A stretch of 61,435 nt of DNA, the filler included, from Nemertoderma westbladi (lineage: Eukaryota > Animalia > Xenacoelomorpha): NCBI GenBank assembly GCA_032718475.1. It is 4 parts of 4 records of this genome, joined end to end, with 100 filler letters (N's around TTAATTAATTAA, not from the genome) between each part and the next. Parts side by side here need not be neighbours in the genome. Positions count along the whole stretch, not along the records: positions 25,831 to 43,810 come from JAUCBJ010000360.1; positions 43,911 to 55,546 come from JAUCBJ010006185.1; 2 more parts are not named here. The stretch is one strand, 5' to 3'. Position numbers and translations under genes: made by a program. Every line of letters starts with the position of its first letter. Within the stretch, counting starts at the first letter, position 1. Shown in pieces: positions 34,131-46,135 of this stretch. The notes beneath the pieces are model-generated. The model ran no database searches, was not told where the DNA came from, and saw only the letters and a list, made by a program, of their open reading frames with translations.

Positions 34131-37100
34131 CTACGGTGCCCCTTCTAGCAGGCAACACTTGCCTACAGCCCTCCTGTAGGTCTTCCTGTCTTTCGCTCCT
34201 ATCTTACCCCCTATCCGCACTTCCACCGATCGGACTCTTCCATCCTTGTCGGAGTAAGTGTCCACTACTCTTGCTAATCTCCATTTATTGTTGATAATGG
34301 TGTCGTCCATGACGATCACCAAATCACCCTTCTTTAACTCCCTAGTGGTATTTCTCCACTTGCTCCTCCTATGTAGTGTGGGTAGGTATTCCTCGACCCA
34401 CCTCTTCCAGTACTCTGCGCTTATCGCCTTAGAGACTTTCCAACTCTGTCGGGAGTGTATATCATCTGGGTCTACACCCCGCATGTCGATGGTCGCCGGC
34501 CTCTCCATTAGAAAGTGACTGGGTGTCAGCACATCTAGTGATTCTGGGTCATCATTTTCTGGGTATAGCGGTCTGCTATTATCGTCTCCTCATGGCTGCC
34601 CTGACTTCCTCTCCTTCCAGGATATCTAAGGCCTCTGCCAGCTCGTTCTCCGCCCCCACAAAGTTGGTTCCATTATCGGAGTATATTACTGCGATCGTCC
34701 CACCTTTGCGGTCTCTGAACCTCTCTTGGGCATTGATGAATGCCGATGCGGTTGCGTCTTGGGCGAGTTCTATTCCTACCGCCCGCGTGTTGTTACATAC
34801 GAAGATAATGCCGTAGCGCTTCTCCGTGTGCCGCATCACCCAGATCTTTATCGGCCCGAACATATCTACACCGCAGTGCGTGAATAGAGGGTTGTGCTGT
34901 TTCACCCTGCTGGCCGGTAATGGCGCCATCTACTGTACGGCCCGCTCCTTCCTCGTCCGTCGGCAGGTCTCACACTGCCCCACTACCGCCTTCACCTTCT
35001 TTCTTAGCTGTGTGATCCAGAAGGTCCTCCATATGTCCGTGAGGGTCCGGTTGGTGCCCCCGTACAATATCGACTTGTGGGAGTCCCAAATGATCTGGTG
35101 GACTATCGGCAATCTATTTGGGATGATGATGGGTTTCAGTGGGATAACGAGGCTGTTGTTATTTAGCACTCTGGAGTTCATTACTAAGATCCCATCATCA
35201 TTGAGTTGTGGCGACAGCGTGATGAGCTCGCTGTCCCGACGAAGATGTTGTTGTTTACCGACGCGCTCCACTTCGTCGCTGTAGTTCTTTCTCTGTTTGT
35301 AGCGAATCATGGCCTTGGCCGCTCCCTCCAGATCGATGTTTGGTTTCCTCTTGGCGTCTTTGCCAATTCCCTTGAGGAAATCCCCGAATGCTCTCCAGTA
35401 CGCTACCAACTTCTTGGTCTTATACCAACTTGAGCTGTAGCTGAGGAGTTTATCCGTCGGGTTATCACATGGTTCTTCTGGTTTTGGTTGCACGTCCCTG
35501 ATCTCCCTCACCATCTGACTATATATCTCTTCACCTTCTGAGTCTCCCCCCTCTTCCTCTAGTGCTACTTCCTCTGAGCCCGGGTCCACCTTCTTCATAG
35601 GTGGCCAGGCTGTCTTATCGTTCAGGAATTGTGGCCCATGCTGCCACAATACTTCCTTCTTCAAGAAAGTGTGGCGTGCCACGCCCCTCGATAACAAGTC
35701 CGCTGGGTTCTCGTCCGTTGGGCAGTAGTGCCACCTTTCCAACTCAGTTGTCGCTCTTATTTTGTCCACCCTATTTGCGATGAATGTAGGGTATCTCGTC
35801 TTCTCAATGTGTAGCCAACCAAGCACTACCATGGAGTCCGTCCAGTAGTGTGTTTCCACTATGTTGGGAATAGTGTCCATCAAGTAGGCTGTGGCCCTTA
35901 CTCATAACCTCGCAGCTGTCAACTCGAGTTTCAGGACCGATGCTGAATCTGGCGGTGTCAACTTTGCTTTGCTGAATGCAAGTCTGGGCTTATGAGCACC
36001 CTCTCGTTGTACTAGGTAGAGTGCCACTCCGTATGCTTCCAATGATGCATCGGAGAACATGTGTAGGTCCAGATTCGTCATGTCCCCATCCGGGAAATAC
36101 ACGCGTGGCATGCTGTATGTCCCCATCTGTTCTAAACTATCTGTCCACTTACTCCACTGCTTGCTGATCTCTTCCGGGACCTCTGTATCCCACTCGTCCT
36201 TTAGCTTATATACTTTCTTAAGTATTTGCTTCCCCGTGACTAATAGTGGGGATGCTAGGCCTAGGGGATCGTATATCCTTGCTATGTACGATACATAGCC
36301 CCTCTTTGTATGGATGTCCGCGCCCTCTTGGCTCAGCTGGTACTTGAACTCGTCTGTCTCTCGGTTCCACACGATCCCTAACGCCTTCTGCTGGGACTCT
36401 ACCCTCTTGTTCGCCATGTCCTGTCCCTTTGCTGTCGTGGGATTATCCATGGTCGACTCTGGCCTCCTGTCCTCTATGGCTTTCATAAATTATTCCGAGC
36501 TGGATTGGAACTTGGTCAGGTTAAACCCGGATCCCTTCAGGATGTCGTGAACCTCGCGCCCTGTATCCAGTAGTTCTTTAACCATGTTTCCAGACTCCAT
36601 TCCGTCGTCTACATAGAAGCCGTGTCGAATCATATCGATGGCTTCAGCGCTATACTTCTCCTCTTTCCCCTCTACTGTATCCCTCACAGCCACAGTCGTC
36701 GTAAATGAGGACGACTTGGCCCCCATATTCTGCACCACCATCTTGTACATCGGTATTGTTGACGGTTCCTCGTCGCCGTTGTACCATAGGAAGCGCTGAC
36801 TGTCACTATCCTCCTCTGCCATACGGACTTGGTTGAACATGCCTTCAAGGCGTGCCTCCCATTTCTGAATCTGAGCAGGACCTCGATTCTTGAGTTGCAG
36901 ATATTAGGACCCTCCAGCCAGATAATCGTTTAGGCATTTGCCGTTGGTCTTAGCTGATGCGTCAACTACCATCCGCAGTTTACCTTTCTTCGGGTCTAGA
37001 GCCACGTGAAGTGGTAGGTAATAGGTCCTGTCCGTGTTCGGTTCGTCGACCGGTAACTCCATGCCCACGGCCCATCCTTTCTTGACATACTTTCTTATCG

Positions 37101-40100
37101 TTTTATGAATGTACTCATTCTTTTTGGGGCTCCGTTTTAACGTTTGCTTCAACTTACGAAGCTTCGTGAGTACCATTCCCTTGTTGTCTGGTAGCGGTAA
37201 TTTTGGTTGTTTCCATACCATCCCTATGGTGTACCGCCCCTCGTCACATCTCATCGACTCCTTTACGCTTTGTATTGCCTGTTTATCTTCTACCGAGGTT
37301 CCGACCCCGGTCTCTTTCAATCCCTCATATTCCTGCCTGAGTAGTCTCCTGAGCTGCTCCTCCGCTCCCTCATCTTCCATCTCCCTCATAGTTCCCGCGA
37401 ACATGCACCCTGATGTCTCCAACATCCTAAACGGTATCTTGGTTCTAATTGGGCCGCTTAGCATCCACCCGAATGCCGAATGGTGTTAGAATTGCCACCG
37501 GGTCACGCTGCCTGTCTTCGCCGAAGACCGTCTGCATTCTCTCGTGGGCCGTCGGGCAGTCCATTCCTACTATAATGGATACCTTCCTAACGTTCACCTC
37601 TGGTATTGAGAAGTCGATACTGTCCAGGAATCTATATTGTTCGACCTCGATGTTGGTTGGTCGCCTGGCATTGATATTTATCGACTCTATCACCTGGATG
37701 GGGTCGATCGTCGCCCCATAATCGCATCCCGGTGCTATCGCTGCTATCCCACACTGTCCGGTCCTCATCTCCAGGACCTCATCTTTGCTGGAGATGGTTG
37801 TTACCACCATTCTACTTGGCCTCGTCTTCAATCCTATCTCTTCGGCCACCCAATTCTCGACCAATGTGAAGGCTGCTCCACTGTCGACCAGCACCAGCGT
37901 GGTTACTGATCGATCGCCTTCTCCGATCACCCTCACTGGTACTACCCCGAGTAGTACCGTTCCTCTCTTCTTCGCCCCTACGGTGCTTGTCGCCATTGTC
38001 TGTCCTTTGCCTTGACCGAACTTAATTGGTGTTTCCTTGCATTGGTTTGCTCTATGTCCACCCGTCACACATCGAGGACAGACTTCGTTCCTCCTCGCGT
38101 ATTCTATCTGATCTTCTCTGGGCAGTGCTTGCCAATATCTGCAGTTCATGGTCTGATGAAGTGCGTTCGTGTGTAATTGGCATTTGTTGTTTGGGTTATA
38201 GCCGAACTTATATAGTGCACTGCATATTGCACTTGGGTTCGTACCTAGATCCCTACTATTCTTATTGTTTGGGTTCGGCCTACTGGGCGTGTTGGGGTTG
38301 TGTTTGTTTGTGTTGTTATTTTTCCCCTGTCCGCTCCATGGTGTGGCCCTACCCACGGCTACATGTGGACTAGCAGTCCCCTGCGTCGCCACGTATGGCA
38401 GCGATTGTCTGAGCTTTGGCAATGCGTTCACTGTGTTGTGTTCTGGTTTCGGCCTGTTGTATTCGGTCTTTGGCCCCTTCCCCAGACTATCCTCGCTATA
38501 GACTGGGTCTGTAATCAATTCGGCTGCGTAGTTCAGGAAGCTTGACATTTCTTCTAAGCCCGGTTCTGCACCCTTCTTCTCTCGAGTGGAGGAAGCAATT
38601 TTCCTCCACTTGTTGCGCAGCCAGATCGGTAGTGCCTGCGCTATCGTGGTGATGTTATTAGATGCGTTGAGTTCGTATGGTGCGTCTAGCGTCTTTAACA
38701 CAATTAGCGCCTTCTCGACTTTGTTCGCAAATGTCTTTATACTAATGGGGTTATCCTGTAGGCCACCCGATGTTATACCTCTCAGGGTCTGCCGGATGAT
38801 CTTGGCCAGGTGCCCGTACTCCCTGTATAATGCCCGCCATGCAGTCGTGAAGCCACCCTCGATGCCCTGGTACTGCCTCACGATGTCGTATGCTGGGCCT
38901 CCTGTATACACTTGTAGATATTTTAGGCACTCCGCCTGCGTCAGGTTCTTTGTCAATATTTCATTGCTGTACATGCGCCGAAATTGCAGGTATTCCTCCG
39001 GCCTACTTCCATCGAATTTAAATGGTTCTACGGGTGGTATCTCGATCCTGGTCTTTAATGCATCGATTAATGTAGCCATTCCCATCGCCTGTGCTTCCAA
39101 TGGGTTCGATGGATGCTGTACAGATTCTCCCGTTGGGTGCGGTCCGCCCGTCATGTCTGTTGCCCTTCTTTGCGTCGGATATATCATTGGGGGTAACGGC
39201 CCCCTCCATATTTCCGTGTCGCAGGATCTGTTCTCGTCCAGGGGGTTTGATGTTCTTATTCCTGTTTGAGTATATTGTTGACATTGTGATGGGGGAATGT
39301 CACCCTGCCCCCCCCCCCCCCCCCCCCCCCACCGGTATGTTTGGTACTGGGGTTGATGTTAATATATTGGGGCCCATACACCTATCCGCAATAACTCTCC
39401 CCTCCCCTGGATATATGTTATGTCCTTGCATGCTATAGTCATACTGTTGTGCTGGTACCGGTATAGGCCTATCCACTTCTGGCCTACCTACCGGTATGTA
39501 CTCCGCGACTTCCGGGTTTAATCCCGTCGTCCGCGCTGCCCTATCGCCTACATTATCTCTCCCAGCATGACCTATAGTATGTGCAGTAAGGCCTACAGTA
39601 TGTCCTGCAGTCTGTATGTGTCCCTCTGGACCGAAGTTTAACCTTCTCGAATAATCTAAGAAGTCCTCCCCACGGCTACCGTATCCTCGATCGGCAGCTA
39701 TATCCCGTCGGGAAGTTTCTCTTCGATCCCCTCTGCTATTCTCGTCCTCGTACCGGTACGCCCTGTACCCCTCTCTCGGCGTATAGTACACCTCACCATT
39801 TCGCGTCTCTCCGGGACGACGGCAATCTCCCGGAGTTCGACCCCACCTACTCTCCAACTCCATTTCTACTACCGACGGCTCGCTGTCCATCCTCGCTCTC
39901 CTGTCGCTCGCAACGACACTTCTTCTACACTCTTCTCTTCTTCTTTCTGCAGTGTAGTGTCCCCTCTCGTGTGATCTCTCGTCGACCTCCCGGTTAAACT
40001 CCACTGTTCTTCTTCCCTCTTCCGACTGGGCTCGACGTCTCGTCGCTCGCCCCCTCGCGACGTCAACCTCTCTCTCTCTACTTGGTCGCACGCTGCTGGG

Positions 40101-42104
40101 GATATTCGTAATCCCCCTACTATTCTCCATCGCCTGGTGCTGCGGTTTACCTAATTCGCCCTGCGCATTATCCGCCGACGCCTGTGGGACATTCTCTGCC
40201 CCCCACCCCCCCCCCCCCCCCCCCACTCGCCACCTATCACTTCACTATCTCTCGCTTCGCCTCTACACCCCACTCTAGTCGACGCACTAATTCTACTGCG
40301 GCTGGGTCTATTCACCCCCGCCTCTCCCTCTATCACTGCGTTGCCTGGCAGGCTCCCGTCGGGTTGAATCAAACCCGCCACTCCCTGCGCACTAACTACG
40401 TGGCCTACCAGCCCCCCATCGGGGTCTCTCACCCCTGTTACTCCCTGCATACTAGCTACGTGGCCTACCAGGCCCCCGCTGGTCGGACCACCTACATCTG
40501 CCACGTTCATATTAATAGCACCATTATCAATACTATTTTCTAAATTATTTAAATTATTAGAATTATTCTCTGAATTCGGATTATTATTTAAATTATTCTG
40601 TATATTCGAATTAGAATAGGGATTATTTCGTTTGTTTGAATTAAGATTATTATTTAGATTATTTTGCGTATTTAAATTTAAATTATTTGAATTATTTTGT
40701 ATATTCGAATCTAGATTATTTGAATTATTTGGATTATTATTTAAATTAGGATCGGTCGGATTTAAATTACTATTATCGGGCAAAATATTATTTCCTGCAA
40801 TGAAAGTTTGATTAGGGTTATCCACTACGGTACTATTAATATTAACGTTTTCTAATGTATTATTATTACCCCCCCCCCCCCCCCCGCCCGTATGGTTACA
40901 CCAGTCTTGGGTCTGTCGTCCGGTCCCTGTAAGTGGGGTATTAACAAACGTTTCCATAACCTCTGGCTCCTCGTAAATACTACCCGAGCCAGCCTCACTC
41001 TCTGATAGCCCCAACTGCGCCAGTTCTAATCGGTGTTTCTGTTTGGCCTGATATTGCATAAGCCCCCTCAATCGGGCATGCATATCATCCTGCACATGCT
41101 TTCCCATTCTCTCTCTCTCTCTATCCTCTCGCAGACTTTGGTCGGCCAACTCTGCCTCCCTTGCCTCCTGCTCTCTAAAGTTTCTTGCAGCCCTCTCAGC
41201 CCTCTCTTTATTCTCTCTCGCCAACTCTCTTTCTCTAGTAACGCAGCTCCCTCTTCCAACTGCCTCTCTAACTCTTTCTGGTCTAGCGCCACCATGTCCA
41301 ATTGACACGCCAGATCTATTTCTAACAAACTTCTTGCTTTTGCGGAGGATGTAGCGGACTTGTCGGTCGCGACGGACTCCCGTCGCCTCTCTGTCCTACT
41401 AACTTTCCCCCGCTTTCTGGGGTTCTCGCTAACCAACGAGACCGAATCCTCGGGGTTAATCTCGGATTCACCCTCGTGCGGGTCTGCCCAACCCACTAAC
41501 TTAATTCCCCTAGCATCCACCAAATACGGCCCTATGTACACTATCTGGGGCTCCATTATCCCGGATCGCCACAGTTCAAATAGTTCGGTGGCGACCCCCC
41601 TCGCTCTCTCACTGGCTAGTTCTCCCTGTCCGAAGCGAACTAGGTATGTAAAATGTTTATTCGACTCACCTAGTCGCTGACTCAACTTCCCTTGGTCGAT
41701 CTTTACTCCTTCCCTGGCCTCCTTAAGCTGTTTCCTTGTCGCGTTGTAGGCTCGTCGGAGCCGGTCACTGGTTCCGACGTCCTCGTCGCCGACCTCTCCT
41801 CCTCCCCTCCTGGTTCGGCGTCGTACCGGCGGCCCCACCGTCGCCGTTCCGGTGGGCCGTCCGTCGCCCTCGGCCTGTGGCTGGCCGGCGACATCGGTAC
41901 GTCGACAGCCGTCGTGCGTCGACTCGTCCTCTCGTCCTGGTAGACGGCCGCCCTCCGCTTGGGCTGCCAGATCGTCTCTTTCCGGCGAGTCTGGCGTGCT
42001 GGTCGATACCGTCGCATTACGGCCTCACGGATTGTTTCGTTGGTATCGTCCGGGGTCCGCGGTGGTGTCGTCTCTCCCTCTAGATTTCGGGCTTCTTCGC
42101 TCAT
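34131..42104 (-). pseudogene. gag-pol: BEL/Pao gag-pol polyprotein (frameshifts, stops, deletions)
   Basis: Gag PFKFDG/LKYL, CQLH..H..C and CPRC..H..C; protease LVDSGA; RT YYLPLH, RMVVDAS, MFNQV, FYVDD; RNase H FSDAS, LELTAA, WTDS; integrase GVDMFGP, SDNGTNFVGA; C-terminal YWKRWVEEYL. Confidence 0.95.
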
Positions 42105-42181
42105 CTTTTAACTCTCTGATGGTGGCTGGCAGTCACAGTCTCAACAGTTCTCTAGACTTTGGTACTGGGTGACTTTAGTAC

Positions 42182-42761
42182 TGTGATGGGATCAGAGGAT
42201 CCCGACCGGTTGATTTAAGTTACGCGTCACCGCACGATTGAGAAAAGAGTTTGTAGTTGTGTATCCTGGTCTTAATATAACCCGATGATAATATAGATAT
42301 ATGTAATAGCACAGTTGGAATAATGCAGTAAAGAATGCATGTACCGGTAAATAATATGATAATAGGTGATGGCGGTGGCGGTACTAAAGTGTCACCGATC
42401 TGCCCTACATGACTGAGATAACTGACCGGTAAAGTGCGCTATGCTGATAATATATATTGATTATTCCTACACTATCCTTGGCCTCTGTACCTAGCGGATG
42501 CTCTCCTCTCCCATTGGTTGATATACCAATTCTCGGCTCCCACCTCTGTGGGAGTGCTTCCCCCCCCCCTGCTGTTACTTTCCCTCTCCAGGAGGTTTAA
42601 CCTCTGACCTCCCTTTGTGTGGCCCTTTGGGGGTTTGTTGTCCCCGTTATTGGTTGTGTGATACGAGGTTAATTGGGGTTAACCTCGTATCCCCAATATT
42701 GCTAAATGGGCGCCGTTTCCCAACTTTATGGGGTGGTGGGTGGAATTGGAATCCGATCACA
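42182..42761 (-). repeat. 5' LTR of the BEL element (580 bp, TG..CA)
   Basis: TGTGAT...ATCACA inverted termini; boundaries match the TSD-delimited solo LTR at 23078-23667. Confidence 0.88.
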
Positions 42762-43810
42762 GGGTTCCATCGTTATGCAATTGACATTTGTATCCTGGTT
42801 GTAACGTTCCTTGTATAGCCCTACACGTATTGCGCGTAGATTCACATCTACCAGTTTAGTGTTTTGGTTATTTGGATTTGGCCTACTGGGTGTGTTGGGA
42901 TATATTTGTTCATGTTATTATTTTGTCCCTGTTTGTGCCACAGTGTGGCCCTATTCCCCAGCTATCTGTAGACTTGCAGTCCCCTGTGTCGCCGCGTATG
43001 GTAGTGACTGTCTTAATTTTGGTAACGCATTTGCCGCACTATGTTCTGGTTTCGGCCTGTTGTATTCGGTCCTCGGCGCCCTCCCCAGACTATCCTCGCT
43101 GTAGACTGGGTCCGTGATCAGCTCCGCCTCGTAATTGAGGAAGTTCGACATTTCCTCTAGGCCCGGTTCCGCACCTTTCTTCTCCCGGGTGGAGAAGGCG
43201 ATCTTCCTCCACTTATGTTCCTTAGCCAGATTGGCAGTGCCTGCGCTATCGTGGTGATGTTATTCGATGCGTTGAGTTCGTATGGCGCATCCAAGGTCTT
43301 CAGCACGATCAGCGCCTTCTCGACCTTATTCGCAAAAGTCTTGATGCTGACAGGGTTATCCTGCAGGCCACCCGATGTTATTCCCCTCAAGGTCTGCCGG
43401 ATGATCTTGGCTGGGTGTCCGTATTCCCTGTCTAGGGCCCGCCATGCAGTCGTGAATCCACCCTCGATGCCTTGATACTGCCTCACGATGTCGTACGCTG
43501 GGCCCCCTGTGTAAACTTGTAAATATTTTAGGCACTCCGTCTGTGTCAGGTTCTTTGTCAATATTTCGTTGCTGTACATGCGTCGGAATTGCAGATATTC
43601 TTCCGGTCTGCTTCCATCGAATTTGAATGGCTCCACTGGTGGCAGCTCGATCCTGGTCTTAAGCGCATCGATGAGTGTTGCCATTCCCATCGGCTGTACT
43701 TCTAGTGGGCTCGATGGATGCTGTACAGACTCCCCTGTTGCTGGGTGCGGTTCGCCCGTCGGGCCTGTCGACCTCTTCTGCGTTGGATATATCATGGGGG
43801 GTAACGGTCC
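42762..43810 (-). mobile_element. gag fragment of a sister BEL copy, interrupted by the LTR above
   Basis: Protein nearly identical to 38150-39190 (IELPPVEPFKFDGSRPEEYLQF); ends abruptly at the LTR terminus. Confidence 0.9.
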
Positions 43811-43910
43811 NNNNNNNNNNNNNNNNNNNNNNNNNNNNNNNNNNNNNNNNNNNNTTAATTAATTAANNNNNNNNNNNNNNNNNNNNNNNNNNNNNNNNNN
43901 NNNNNNNNNN
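43811..43910. other. Artificial contig linker
   Basis: N-TTAATTAATTAA-N. Confidence 0.97.
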
Positions 43911-44082
43911 CACACCCACACCTACACGCCTACGTAAACTCTAACGCCCACACCCACACCTACACGCCTACGTAAACTCTAACGCCCACACCTATGCATA
44001 CGCCTACACCTACACACCTACAAAACTCTAACGCCCACACTCACACCTACACGCCTACGTAAACTCTAACGCCCACACCCAC
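43911..44082. repeat. 38-bp minisatellite (GCCCACACCCACACCTACACGCCTACGTAAACTCTAAC)
   Basis: Tandem units; same family as 46892-47399. Confidence 0.9.
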
Positions 44083-45073
44083 TACTGCTACTAGAATCGG
44101 CATGCTGCATTGCAGCTGCATATTTAAGAATGCTGTGCCGGCTTGTCAACAAAATTGCACCGCCACAACTCCCTATCACCCATGACATTTGCTAGATCAT
44201 CCGCATCTTTAAGGCCAGTGTCCTTTAAGATGCGTCTCAAGAAAGTCATGGGCTGTCCACCATGCTTATTCACTCCATGAGGCTGCCAAAGTACAAGATT
44301 ATGCACTGGCTGGGTCCTCACGGCGAAAGCAATGTCCTGCAAAGCGGAGGCGATTTTGTTCTAGTGTCAAGCTTGGGGGAACCAATGAGACACCTCCAAT
44401 GTTATATAGTGTCTGGTTGGAGATGTGTGCATTGTACTTGACACAATGAACCCGACGTAGCATTCTTGTGAATGTGCCATCTAGAGATTTGGTGTCCTCA
44501 GCAGTTAGAGCCCAGCATGGACTCCCGTAGAGGAGTACTGGAACTACTGCTGCTCTAAATAATCGGACCTTAAGTTTCCGATTAATTCTCGGTGACTTCC
44601 AAATCCTGGAAAGCCTATTCAAGGCTGCCCATGCCTTTCCCTTACGTATTCGAAGGTCCTCACCTGACTTCCGGATCCATGATCCCAGGTAACAGAAGTC
44701 GTCCACATGCTCAAGCATACCATCCTTTGAGCTTATGCTCATCCGATCAGAGACTTGCTGAGGACTTTCAAAGTTAACTGTCAGAATTTTGGTCTTTCTG
44801 GAGTTAATAAAAAGACCAACACTAGAAGCAGCATGTTCTAATGAGCTGAGGAGCCGTTGGGCTCCCTCTAATGATTCTGAGAGTACTCCTTAGTCATCAG
44901 CAAAGTCTAGATCAGTTAGGTACTTGGCAGGATTTCCTCGACTTCTGGAGCCAGTAGGTGGAGTTATCATCACCCCATCATCATTATGATGATCTAAGGA
45001 CAGCGAAGATAAATAATGAAAAGAAAAACCAGCGCTAGTGTCCTGAATTTCATAGTATAATATTACCAAAAAA

Positions 45074-45112
45074 GCAAACGTTTCGATTATATCACATAAC
45101 CATCATCAGTGC
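45074..45112 (-). ncRNA. Minimal type I hammerhead ribozyme (Penelope pseudo-LTR)
   Basis: GCA-CTGATGA-T-GGTTAT(GTGAT)ATAATC-GAAA-CG-TT-TGC on the minus strand. Confidence 0.75.
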
Positions 45113-45253
45113 GATCAAGCAGTTCAATGCAGAGAATAAACTAATATATAATTACGAGAAAAAGCTATAAATTGCAACCTAAATATAAATACTAACTAAA
45201 GGCAAAAAATATACTATGGAATGTAAACATGTGCACAACTACAGTAGGGCGGC

Positions 45254-45865
45254 CTAACCAGAAAATAAAGCTAGCTTTATACAACTAAAACCAATCTGTG
45301 TGTTAAGGGTAGGGCGTATATCTCGAATGTACAATGACTCCTTAATTGAGGTATCGAAACTATTTGTAGCAGCACCAATAATTTTGAAATTATCAGTTGT
45401 ACAGATAGCGTGATCAGTTTCTAAACAATGATCGTATATGGCTGAAGCCTTCGGTACCGATAGCCTACCGGTAAGGAAGGAGCGGCCAGCATGCTCTCCT
45501 ACGCGAACAGCAAGGTGTCTGACAGTTTTACCTACATAAGTAGCATTGCAGCTACCACAGGAATATAAATAGACAACCTTGGAACGGGTATGAAGGGGAC
45601 GCTTGTCCTTATAACCGAAGAATGAACCAAGTCTTACAGATGGCCTAAAAATGACCTTGAGTTCTATATGCGCAAAGTTGGTATTAAATAATTTACGTAA
45701 TCTATTCCTAATTAAATAACTAAATTCACCAGCAAAAGGTAGTACTAGATACACGCTCTTTCTTTCTACTGTAGGTGCCGGAACTGGCTGAGGCAGCTGG
45801 GCACGGGATATAAATAACCTAGTGATATCATTAAGTAGTTTCATGGGATACCCATTGCGTAACAA
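45254..45865 (-). CDS. Penelope ORF C-terminus: linker and GIY-YIG endonuclease (partial)
   Basis: LRNGYP; VVYLYSCGSCNATYVGKTVRHLAVRVGEH; SAIYDH; KESLYI..RPTLN. Confidence 0.9.
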   Translation of the reverse strand: MLRNGYPMKLLNDITRLFISRAQLPQPVPAPTVERKSVYLVLPFAGEFSYLIRNRLRKLFNTNFAHIELKVIFRPSVRLGSFFGYKDKRPLHTRSKVVYLYSCGSCNATYVGKTVRHLAVRVGEHAGRSFLTGRLSVPKASAIYDHCLETDHAICTTDNFKIIGAATNSFDTSIKESLYIRDIRPTLNTQIGFSCIKLALFSG

Positions 45866-46094
45866 AATAGAATATAGTTCTATTAGTGCATCGTTGAAAA
45901 TAGTATAGTTAGATGAAATATGAAAAATTCTATAAATTAAAGTGAAAACAAGTTAGTATTTTTAGTATTTTTTATTTTTTATTTTAGTATTAGTATTTAG
46001 TATTTTTTTAGTTAGTATTTATATTTAGGTTGCATTTTATAGCTTTTTCTCGTAATTATATATTAGTTTATTCTCTGCATTGAACTGCTTGATC

Positions 46095-46135
46095 GCACTG
46101 ATGATGGTTTTATGTGATATAATCGAAACGTTTGC
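46095..46135 (+). ncRNA. Minimal type I hammerhead ribozyme (inverted pseudo-LTR copy)
   Basis: GCA-CTGATGA-TGGTTTTATGTGATATAATC-GAAA-CG-TT-TGC. Confidence 0.7.

Larger units (their letters stand above)
31026..42761 (-). mobile_element. BEL/Pao LTR retrotransposon (decayed, 3'-truncated) with an extra 3' ORF
   Basis: 5' LTR 42761-42182; long gag-pol in BEL order; tandem-repeat spacer; extra ORF; no 3' LTR seen. Confidence 0.92.

Noticed and set aside
31101-43862. Numerous plus-strand ORFs over the BEL elements (and minus-strand ORFs over the Gypsy element)
   Set aside because: Antisense shadows of retroelement coding sequence with no recognisable motifs.
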